From Euryarchaeota archaeon RBG_19FT_COMBO_69_17 (GTDB lineage Archaea; Thermoplasmatota; Thermoplasmata; RBG-16-68-12), in contig MGWD01000065.1 in the NCBI GenBank assembly GCA_001800825.1, positions 26,029 through 61,812 of the forward strand: a DNA stretch of 35,784 nucleotides. The letters are read 5' to 3'. Shown here in pieces: positions 17,416 through 24,501 of this stretch (within the stretch, counting starts at the first letter, position 1; each line of letters begins with the position of its first letter). The position numbers and the translations under genes are program-made. Under the pieces are notes generated by a model. That model had not been told where the DNA came from. It did no database searches and saw only the letters and a program-made list of their open reading frames with translations.

Positions 17416-18068
17416 CGCGTCATCCGACGAGCCATGATGCCCGTCGCGGCGGCCATCGCGGCGCCCGCGGCGGCGCCCGCGTAGAACCCGAAGAGGAGCC
17501 CGACGTTCGAGCCGCTGGATGCGGGGCCGGGAGGGACGCTCGCCCAGGCCAGGGTCAGGACCTCCGTGAGCCCGCCGCCGAGGAGGCCCGCGAAGGCCCC
17601 CGCGAGGCCTCCGGCGAGGAGATCGACGGGGACGCGTCCCGGGCCGGGGGACGTCCCTGAGTTCCGGAAGAGACCGACGAAGAGGCCCGCGACGGTCGCG
17701 AAGAGGAGTCCGCCGAGGAGCCCTGCGAGACCGGCGTTCGTGCGGAACGTCCCCTCGAGGGACGTGGCGATGTCCAAGGCGAACCATCCGAGGACCGCCG
17801 CCGCGAGGAGGCCCACGGCGGCCCCGGCGAGCCCTCCGATCGCGGTCCCGCGGAGCCTCGTGAGCGCCGTGCCCGCGATCCCACCGACGACGGACCCCGC
17901 AAGGGCTCCGCCCGCGAACCCATATACGATTCCGTCCGCATAGTAGCCGTCAGGCGTTGCCACGCTTGCACGCCCGATCGCGCCGACGAAGAGGCCCGCG
18001 AGCCCTCCGAGGAGGGCCCCGAGGAGGCCACCCACTGGACCGTCCCGCGATGCCGACCGTTCCGCCAT
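17388..18068 (-). CDS. Glycine-rich (GxxxG repeat) multi-pass membrane protein
   Basis: About six Gly/Ala/Leu-rich helices; TATA-like CTTTATG about 27 nt upstream of ATG 18068. Confidence 0.6.
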   Translation of the reverse strand: MAERSASRDGPVGGLLGALLGGLAGLFVGAIGRASVATPDGYYADGIVYGFAGGALAGSVVGGIAGTALTRLRGTAIGGLAGAAVGLLAAAVLGWFALDIATSLEGTFRTNAGLAGLLGGLLFATVAGLFVGLFRNSGTSPGPGRVPVDLLAGGLAGAFAGLLGGGLTEVLTLAWASVPPGPASSGSNVGLLFGFYAGAAAGAAMAAATGIMARRMTRHARISSKT

Positions 18069-18148
18069 GGGCCCAGGCAGCGGACGGGGGGCGCATAAAG
18101 GCACCGTGCGGCGGGGCGTGCCCTCCGCCTGGCGAATCGCGGCTCGGA

Positions 18149-18394
18149 TTAGGTCGGGAGAGCCCTTCGAAGACCTTCAAGGGACGCCGCTCGGAATCGA
18201 TCGAGCTCTTGAGACATCCGCGCGCAGTAGGCCTCGCACCGCCGGATGGCCTCGGCCCGGGACCTGGGGGCCGCGGAGGGCCCCACGTACTCGTTGACTT
18301 GCACGCGCCGACCGCCCTTCGTCTCGTAGTGCCAGAAGTAGAGGTACGGGCGGCCCCGGACCTCGTGGACGTACACGCCGCAGCCGACCTGCAT
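18149..18394 (-). CDS. Small putative DNA-binding protein resembling the SSV integrase N-terminal (D-335-like) domain
   Basis: VHEVRGRPYLYFWHYETKGGRRVQVNEYVGP three-strand pattern plus a C-terminal helix; SD GGTGAGG and TATA TTAAATAA upstream. Confidence 0.6.
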   Translation of the reverse strand: MQVGCGVYVHEVRGRPYLYFWHYETKGGRRVQVNEYVGPSAAPRSRAEAIRRCEAYCARMSQELDRFRAASLEGLRRALPT

Positions 18395-18408
18395 GCCTCA
18401 CCCATCGT

Positions 18409-18430
18409 GTTATAGTTATTTAACTATAAC
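18409..18430. repeat. Perfect 10-bp AT-rich inverted repeat GTTATAGTTA-TT-TAACTATAAC (probable operator over a TATA box)
   Basis: 18409-18418 is the exact reverse complement of 18421-18430; the minus strand reads TTAAATAA at the centre. Confidence 0.85.
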
Positions 18431-18490
18431 GAGGGGGAGCGCGAACGCACCCGCGGAAGGCCTTTTCCCGCGGCCCGCGTTACCCGCCCC

Positions 18491-19198
18491 ATGGCCCCCT
18501 CCGCCGTCGTCCTCCTCTCCGGGGGCATGGACTCCACGACGGCCCTCGCGATGACCCGCGCGCAGGGCGAGGACGTCGTCGCGCTCACGATGGACTACGG
18601 CCAGCGGCACCGGAAGGAGATTGAGGCCGCGAGGAAGATCGCGATGCACTTCCGGGTGAAGGACCACCGGGTCGTGACCCTCGACCTGACCGCGATCGGC
18701 GGGTCCGCCTTGACTGACCGTAGGATCCGGATCCCCGAGCAGCGCCGGCTCGAGGAGATCGGCCAGGCCATCCCCGTGACGTACGTGCCCGCGCGGAACA
18801 CGATCCTCCTCTCGTACGCCCTCGGCCTCGCGGAGGTCACGGGCGCGAACGCCATCGTGATCGCCGCGACGGCCGTCGACTACTCAGGGTACGTGGACTG
18901 CCGCCCCGAGTTCTACCGCGCGTTCCAGGAGGTCGCCCGCCTGGGCACGAAGCGCGGGGTCGAGGGGGACGTCATCGAGATCCGCACGCCGCTCATCGCG
19001 ATGTCGAAGGCGGAGATCGTCCGGAAAGGGGAGGACCTCGGCGTGCCGTGGGCCCTCACCTGGTCCTGCTACAAGGGCGGGGAGAGGGCCTGCGGGGTCT
19101 GCGACTCCTGCCAGCTCCGCCTCAAGGGGTTCCGGGAGGCGGGCGCCCGCGACCCCCTCCCGTACGCGCGCCTCCCGAAGGCCGCGAAACCGGGTTAA
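18491..19198 (+). CDS. queC: 7-cyano-7-deazaguanine (preQ0) synthase
   Basis: SGGMDS, YGQRH, TYVPARN, DYSGYVDCRPEF and TWSCY...CG.CDSC.LR motifs. Confidence 0.96.
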   Translation: MAPSAVVLLSGGMDSTTALAMTRAQGEDVVALTMDYGQRHRKEIEAARKIAMHFRVKDHRVVTLDLTAIGGSALTDRRIRIPEQRRLEEIGQAIPVTYVPARNTILLSYALGLAEVTGANAIVIAATAVDYSGYVDCRPEFYRAFQEVARLGTKRGVEGDVIEIRTPLIAMSKAEIVRKGEDLGVPWALTWSCYKGGERACGVCDSCQLRLKGFREAGARDPLPYARLPKAAKPG

Positions 19199-19227
19199 AT
19201 AATGGGGCCGGCATCTCCGGGACGGCC

Positions 19228-19983
19228 ATGGCGGTCGGGTCCGTCGGAACGGCGAAGCCCGGGGAGACGTTCCTCGTCAGCGAGTGCTACCCGACGATCC
19301 AGGGGGAGAGCTCCCTCGTCGGCACACCGACGATCTTCGTGCGGCTCTACGGCTGCAACCTCCGATGCCGCTGGTGCGACTCCATGCACGCGGTGGAGGG
19401 CGGGGAGTTCACGGAGCGGTCCGTCCGGGACGTGACCATGGAGGTCGTCCGGCTCTCGCAGGGGGAGGGCCCGACCCGGTTCCGCGGGATCCACCACGTG
19501 TGCTGGACGGGCGGGGAGCCCCTCCTCCAAGGGCGGTCCATCGCGCGGGCGATCCGCGAGCTGCCGCCGGACTTCGTCCACTCGATCGAGACAGACGGGG
19601 AGGTCGACCTCGGACCCTTCGACGCGGACGTCGGGTCCGCCCGGGACGAGGGCAGGGTCCGGTACGTCATGGACGTGAAGTGCCCCGGCTCCGGGATGAC
19701 GCCCCGTAGGGCGTTCGAGAACCTCCGGCTCCTCCGCCGGACGGACGAGGTCAAGTTCGTGATCCTCGACCGCGGGGACTACGACTTCGCGAGGCGTGTC
19801 CTCGCCGACCATCCCGTCCCGGCGGGCACGGTCCTCTTCTCCCCCGCGGCCCTCGCCCACCACGTGGCCAAGGGCCTCGACCCCGCCGCCCTCGCGTCGT
19901 GGATCCTCGAGGACCGCCTCGACGTCCGGCTCCAGCCCCAGCTCCACAAGTTCCTCTGGCCCGGGCGCGAGCGGGGGATCTGA
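19228..19983 (+). CDS. queE: 7-carboxy-7-deazaguanine synthase (radical SAM)
   Basis: TIQGE, FVRLYGCNLRCRWCDS, TGGEPLLQ, DVKCPGSG, VKFVI and QPQLHK motifs; TTAAATAA about 27 nt before ATG 19228. Confidence 0.93.
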   Translation: MAVGSVGTAKPGETFLVSECYPTIQGESSLVGTPTIFVRLYGCNLRCRWCDSMHAVEGGEFTERSVRDVTMEVVRLSQGEGPTRFRGIHHVCWTGGEPLLQGRSIARAIRELPPDFVHSIETDGEVDLGPFDADVGSARDEGRVRYVMDVKCPGSGMTPRRAFENLRLLRRTDEVKFVILDRGDYDFARRVLADHPVPAGTVLFSPAALAHHVAKGLDPAALASWILEDRLDVRLQPQLHKFLWPGRERGI

Positions 19984-19986
19984 GCC

Positions 19987-21483
19987 TCACCCGAGGAGGG
20001 AGGCGAAGAAGGGGCCCGTGAGGACGAGGACCCCGAGGCGGAGGAGGTCGGAGACCATCCCCACGCGGAACATGTCCCAGATCTTCACGTACCCGGACGA
20101 GTAGACGATCGCCATGGGCGGGGTCGTCGAGGGGATCGCGCTCGAGATCGAGCAGGCGAGGGCGGCCGCGACGATGGGGCCGATGGGGCTCACGCCGGCC
20201 CCGAGGGCGAGGCTCGCGGCGATCGGGCAGGAGATGAGCGCGGCCGCCGTGTTCGACGCCGCGTACGACAGCACGAAACCGAGCCCCGCGGACACGGCGA
20301 AGATCGTCCACGCGTTCGCGGAGGGCCCCAGGGCCGACGCCACGCCGGACCCGATCCAGTCCGCGAAGCCGCTCCGGTCGAGCCCGAGGCCGAGGGCGAT
20401 CCCGCCGCCGAAGAGGAACACGACGTTCCAGTCGATCCCGTCCGCAATCTCCTTCCACCGAAGGACGGGCTCGTCCTTGACCCGGACGAGGCCCGCGGCG
20501 AGGATCACGAGGACCGCGGGCATCGCCTCCGGCATGACGACGGCGAGGGTGTCCGCGAGGGGCCCCAGGGACGGGTTCGCCTCCCCCGCGATCCGAACGA
20601 GGGACGGCAGCAGCCAGAGGCCGATCGCGACGAGGAGGAGGCCCGCGACGGTCTTCTCCCCGCGGCTCATCCGGCCGAGGTCCCGGCGGGCCTTCTCGAG
20701 CTTCTCGCGGTCCACCCGGAGGACCCGCATCTCCGGCTTGATGAAGGCGAACGTGACCCACCACGAGATGAAGAGGCCGAGGATCGCCTGGGGCGTCCCG
20801 ACGAGGAACCAGTCGAAGAACGTGAGTTCGGAACCGACCTGGGCCGCCGTCGCCTTCGCGATGAGGTTCGGGGGGGTGCTGATGAGGAGGAGCATCGCGC
20901 CGGCCGTCGCGGCCTGGGCAAGGGCGAGGGTGCTCGCCTCGGAGAAGCGGGAGCCGGCCTTCACACCGACCATCGAGAGGTAGGCGACGAGGAACGGCAG
21001 GACGACAGCCGTGGACGCCGTGATGGAGCCCGTGAGGGTGAGGAGGAACACGGGGAGGCTGCAGACGAAAAGGGCGGCGACCTTCGGGTTCGAGCCCTTG
21101 TAGAGGGACGCCAGCTGCACGCTAAGCCGCCGGTCGAGGTCCCACTTCCGGAACGCGGCCGCGAGGACGAACCCCGCGAGGAAGATCCAGATGATGGGGT
21201 CCGTGAACGAGGAGAGGGAGGCTTTCCAGTCTACGACCCCCGTGGTCGACAGGAGCAGGGGCGCGAGGAGGGCCGCGATCCCGAGGGGGACGCACTCCGT
21301 GAGCCACCAGGTCAGCATCCAGAGGAGGGTCCCGAGGGCGAGCTGGGGGCCCCAGGGCATGCCCGGCGGCGCGACGGCGACCATCGACGCGGGGGCGGGC
21401 AGCGCGAGGACGAGGAGGAAGAGGGCGGGGCCGAGGACGAGGCCCCCTCGCTGCCTCGGGAGGGCACGGAAGTGGGGGCGGAT
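19987..21483 (-). CDS. SLC13/DASS family sodium:dicarboxylate or sulfate symporter (start uncertain)
   Basis: WWLTECVP, IWIFLAGF, STPPN, IDWNVVFLFGGGIALG, SNTAA, PSTTPP and MFRVG motifs. The first in-frame ATG is 21384, but homologous TM1 lies upstream of it. Confidence 0.85.
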   Translation of the reverse strand: MRPHFRALPRQRGGLVLGPALFLLVLALPAPASMVAVAPPGMPWGPQLALGTLLWMLTWWLTECVPLGIAALLAPLLLSTTGVVDWKASLSSFTDPIIWIFLAGFVLAAAFRKWDLDRRLSVQLASLYKGSNPKVAALFVCSLPVFLLTLTGSITASTAVVLPFLVAYLSMVGVKAGSRFSEASTLALAQAATAGAMLLLISTPPNLIAKATAAQVGSELTFFDWFLVGTPQAILGLFISWWVTFAFIKPEMRVLRVDREKLEKARRDLGRMSRGEKTVAGLLLVAIGLWLLPSLVRIAGEANPSLGPLADTLAVVMPEAMPAVLVILAAGLVRVKDEPVLRWKEIADGIDWNVVFLFGGGIALGLGLDRSGFADWIGSGVASALGPSANAWTIFAVSAGLGFVLSYAASNTAAALISCPIAASLALGAGVSPIGPIVAAALACSISSAIPSTTPPMAIVYSSGYVKIWDMFRVGMVSDLLRLGVLVLTGPFFASLLG

Positions 21484-21568
21484 GGGGAGTTTCGCGGGAC
21501 CACCGACCCAAGGTCCGACGGCCGTACCGGGAGAATAGTTCTTGTAGTCTCCGACCTTCGGCAGAGAC

Positions 21569-21973
21569 GTGCGCTGGGAGGAAACCGAGCACACGGCGGA
21601 CGTCGGGATCCGGGCGTACGGGCAGACGGCCGGGGAGCTCTTCGCGAACGCAGCCGAGGGGATGTTCAGCCTCGTGGCCGACCTCGACGGCGTGCGGCCC
21701 GTGGGCGAGGTCGAGGTCCGGGTGACCGCGGACGACGCTCCGTCCCTCCTCGTGAAGTGGCTCTCGGACCTCCTGTACCTCCACGAGACGGAGCACCTGC
21801 TGTTCCGGTCCTTCGACGTGAGGATCGAGGGGACGTCCCTCCAGGGGAAAGCCCGCGGCGAGGCGATCGACAAGGAGCGCCATGAGCTCAAGCTCGTGAT
21901 CAAGGCCGTGACGTACCACCGCCTGTCCGTGGATCTCGAGCGCGGGGTCGCGGAGATCATCTTCGACATCTAG
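21569..21973 (+). CDS. Archease (RtcB/tRNA ligase cofactor)
   Basis: EHTADVGI, LVKWLSDLLY, IKAVTYH and terminal IFDI motifs; GTG start. Confidence 0.93.
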   Translation: MRWEETEHTADVGIRAYGQTAGELFANAAEGMFSLVADLDGVRPVGEVEVRVTADDAPSLLVKWLSDLLYLHETEHLLFRSFDVRIEGTSLQGKARGEAIDKERHELKLVIKAVTYHRLSVDLERGVAEIIFDI

Positions 21974-21980
21974 GGATACC

Positions 21981-22718
21981 ATGATCCAGGGCGTGACGTT
22001 CGACTGGTGGCACACGATCGCGGAGACGCCCTGGCCCGACTTCGACGCGCGCATGCGACGGCTTCGGATCGACGGGATCCGGGAGGCGTTCCTCGCGGAC
22101 GGAGTGCCCTTCGAGGACGGCGTCCTCGAGCGCGCGTACGACCGTCACACGGAGTTCCTCGAGGCTCGCTGGGCGACGACGGCGGACCTCGATGCGGAGG
22201 AGCAGACGAGCGCGTTCCTCGGGTTCGCGGGAGCCGACCCGAAGGACCCGCGTCTCCGGGGGTCCGTCCAGGAGGCCTTCGGGCAGGCGATCCGCGCGAA
22301 GCTTCCGGTCCTCTACCCGCATATCGCGCAGACCCTGGCCCGGCTCAAGCGGGAAGGGTACGCGGTCGGCCTCGTGTCAAATACGGGCCGCACGTGGGGG
22401 CGGTTCCTGCGGCCGATCCAGGACGAGATGGGGATCGGGAAGCACTTCGACGTCCGCGTGTTCTCCGACGAGGTCCGCGCGCGCAAGCCGGATCGACGGA
22501 TGTTCGAGGCCGCGCTCGGCCCCCTGCGGCTCCCTCCGGGAGCCGTCGTCCACGTCGGGGACGACGTCGCGGCCGATGTGGAGGGCGCCCGCGCGGCCGG
22601 CATGCGGACCGTCTGGTTCAACACGGGACTCTGGCCCGGGGCGAGGGCCGACCACGCGGACGCGGAGATCCGGGACCACGAGGAGCTCTTCGACGTCCTG
22701 GGGAGGTGGCGCGCGTGA
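21981..22718 (+). CDS. HAD-superfamily hydrolase (subfamily IA)
   Basis: Motif I FDWWHT, motif II VSNT, KPD, and motif IV HVGDD..ADVEGA..AGM. Confidence 0.9.
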   Translation: MIQGVTFDWWHTIAETPWPDFDARMRRLRIDGIREAFLADGVPFEDGVLERAYDRHTEFLEARWATTADLDAEEQTSAFLGFAGADPKDPRLRGSVQEAFGQAIRAKLPVLYPHIAQTLARLKREGYAVGLVSNTGRTWGRFLRPIQDEMGIGKHFDVRVFSDEVRARKPDRRMFEAALGPLRLPPGAVVHVGDDVAADVEGARAAGMRTVWFNTGLWPGARADHADAEIRDHEELFDVLGRWRA

Positions 22719-23671
22719 AGGCGACAGCGACGGCCCACCCGATCCAGGGGCTCGTCAAGTACCATGGGCTCTCGGACGCCGTCCTCCGACTCCCGTTCCA
22801 CGACTCGATCAGCGTCTGCACGGCGCCCCTCACGACCCGCACGACGATCGAATTCGGCGCCCCCGCGGACTCCGCCGTCCTCGACGGCCGCCCGCTCACG
22901 GGCCATGAGATGGAGCGCGTCCTCGCCGTCGTCGACGAGGTCCGCCGCCGGGCGGGCCTGCGTGAGCCGTTCCGGATGGTCTCCGTGAACGACTTCCCGT
23001 CGAACGTGGGCCTCGGGGCGAGCGCCTCGGGGTTCGCGGCCCTCGCCCTCGCGGCCTGCGAGGCGGCCGGGCTCCGCCTGGGCCTCGAGGAGGTCTCCCG
23101 GATCGCGCGCCGGGGCGCGGGGTCCGCGACCCGCGCGGTGACGGGCGGCTTCAGCAAGTGGAAGATGGGGATCGCGGACGAGGACTCCTACGCGGTCCAG
23201 CTCGCGGGGGAGGACCTCCGGATGGGGATCATCGTCGCCCTCGTCCCTGCGTTCAAGCAGACGGAGGACGCGCATCGGGAGGCCCTCACGTCGCCGTTCT
23301 TCCATGCACGCCTCGCCGAGATGCCCCGGATGGTGGCGGAGATGGAGCTCGCGATTCGGACCCGGGACATCGGGCGGATCTGCGCCCTCGCGGAGCGGGA
23401 CACGCTCATGCTCCACGGAATCACGATGACGGGCTCCGCGGAGCTCGTCCTATGGCGGCCGGAGACCCTCCGGGTCATCCTCGCGGTGCGGAAGATGCGG
23501 GAGGAGGGCGTGCCCGCGTTCTTCTCGATCGATACGGGGGCGACCGTGTACGCGAACACCCTGCCCGAGCGGGCCACGGAGGTCCAGACCCGGATCGAGG
23601 CCCTCGGGATCGAGACGATTCCCTGCGGCGTCGGCGGGCCCGCGCGCGTCGTCGACGACCATCTCTTCTGA
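22715..23671 (+). CDS. mvaD: Phosphomevalonate (mevalonate-5-phosphate) decarboxylase, haloarchaea-type, GHMP family
   Basis: GTG start overlaps the HAD stop (GTGA) with SD GGAGGTG. Motifs KATATAHPIQGLVKYHG...PFHDSISVCTAP, FPSNVGLGASASGFAA, ARRGAGSA.RAVTG and FSIDTGATVY closely resemble the haloarchaeal PMD as recalled. Confidence 0.85.
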   Translation: MKATATAHPIQGLVKYHGLSDAVLRLPFHDSISVCTAPLTTRTTIEFGAPADSAVLDGRPLTGHEMERVLAVVDEVRRRAGLREPFRMVSVNDFPSNVGLGASASGFAALALAACEAAGLRLGLEEVSRIARRGAGSATRAVTGGFSKWKMGIADEDSYAVQLAGEDLRMGIIVALVPAFKQTEDAHREALTSPFFHARLAEMPRMVAEMELAIRTRDIGRICALAERDTLMLHGITMTGSAELVLWRPETLRVILAVRKMREEGVPAFFSIDTGATVYANTLPERATEVQTRIEALGIETIPCGVGGPARVVDDHLF

Positions 23672-23716
23672 GGGACGGCCAAAGGCTTTAGACCGCCCAC
23701 GGCCTTCCCACGTCCC

Positions 23717-24343
23717 ATGCGGCTCGTCTTCCTCGGGCCCCCGGGCGCCGGCAAGGGCACCCAGGCCGCGAAGGTCGCGAACCATCTCGGCGTCCCGAGG
23801 ATCTCGACGGGGGACATCCTCCGCCGGCACGTGGCCGACGGCACGGAACTCGGCCGGAAGGCGAAGGGACACATGGAGGCAGGAGGCCTCGTGCCCGACG
23901 ACCTCGTGATCGAGATGACCCGCCTCCGCCTCCGGCAGCCCGACGCAAAGGGCGGTTTCATCCTCGACGGCTTCCCGCGGACGATCGCCCAGGCGGAGGC
24001 CCTCGCGAAGCTCACACCCCTCGACGCGGTCGTGAACCTGTTCCTCGAGCCGGAGGAGCTCATCAAGCGGTCCACGGGGCGACGCGTGTGTCCCTCCTGC
24101 GAGGCCGTGTACCACATCGCCTCGAACCCGCCGAAGAAGGGAGGCGTCTGCGACCGCTGCCAGTCCGCCCTCACGACGCGGCCCGACGACCGGGAGCCCG
24201 TCATCCGGAAGCGCATCGAGACGTACGAGCGGCAGACGGCGCCCCTCATCAAGTACTACCGGGACCGCGGCCTCCTCCGCGAGGTCTACGCGAGCGGGCT
24301 CATCGAGGAGATCTTCCTCCGGGTCCGCGAGGTCCTCAAGTGA
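23717..24343 (+). CDS. adk: Adenylate kinase, bacterial-type with zinc-binding LID
   Basis: GPPGAGKGTQA, STGDILR, LVPD, LDGFPRT, CPSC-x16-CDRC and RPDD motifs; CTTTAG box about 27 nt upstream. Confidence 0.96.
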   Translation: MRLVFLGPPGAGKGTQAAKVANHLGVPRISTGDILRRHVADGTELGRKAKGHMEAGGLVPDDLVIEMTRLRLRQPDAKGGFILDGFPRTIAQAEALAKLTPLDAVVNLFLEPEELIKRSTGRRVCPSCEAVYHIASNPPKKGGVCDRCQSALTTRPDDREPVIRKRIETYERQTAPLIKYYRDRGLLREVYASGLIEEIFLRVREVLK

Positions 24344-24406
24344 CCGCGCCCGTGGGGACGCGCCACGGGTAGGGTCATATAGGGCCGCAGGATTAGCCAC
24401 GCCCGC

Positions 24407-24480
24407 GCCCCCGTCGGCTAGTTTGGATAGGCTACAAGGCTGCGGACCTTGAGACTGGGGTTCAAATCCCCACGGGGGCG
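24407..24480 (+). tRNA. tRNA-Arg (anticodon GCG), no intron, CCA not encoded
   Basis: Acceptor GCCCCCG/CGGGGGC plus discriminator G; D-arm GGCT/GGCT; anticodon arm CAAGG-CTGCGGA-CCTTG; T-arm TGGGG-TTCAAAT-CCCCA; TATA-like CATATAG about 25 nt upstream. Confidence 0.93.
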
Positions 24481-24501
24481 TCCCGCTCGGGCGTCGCGGC
24501 C

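Noticed and set aside
18409-18445. Palindrome as a Xer/dif site, or TAACTATAACG as a 23S rRNA (I-CeuI site) fragment
   Set aside because: dif needs two arms facing a 6-bp spacer, whereas these arms are back-to-back with a 2-bp spacer; the rRNA-like match stops after 11 nt.
18491-19983. queC-queE as part of a 7-deazaguanine DNA-modification (dpd) island
   Set aside because: No dpdA/tgt-like or other dpd genes nearby, and codon usage looks host-like; archaeosine precursor synthesis is the simpler explanation.
21484-21969. N-terminal extension of the 660-aa transporter ORF
   Set aside because: Mostly antisense to the well-supported archease gene and shows no transporter-like sequence.
22007-22714. 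Apparent N-terminal fusions in the ORF track (554-aa MvaD; also 793-aa PorB, 508-aa PorA, 416-aa NMD3, 311-aa QueE)
   Set aside because: The extensions are off-frame or antisense read-through of neighbouring genes; internal starts have SD or TATA support and match family N-termini.
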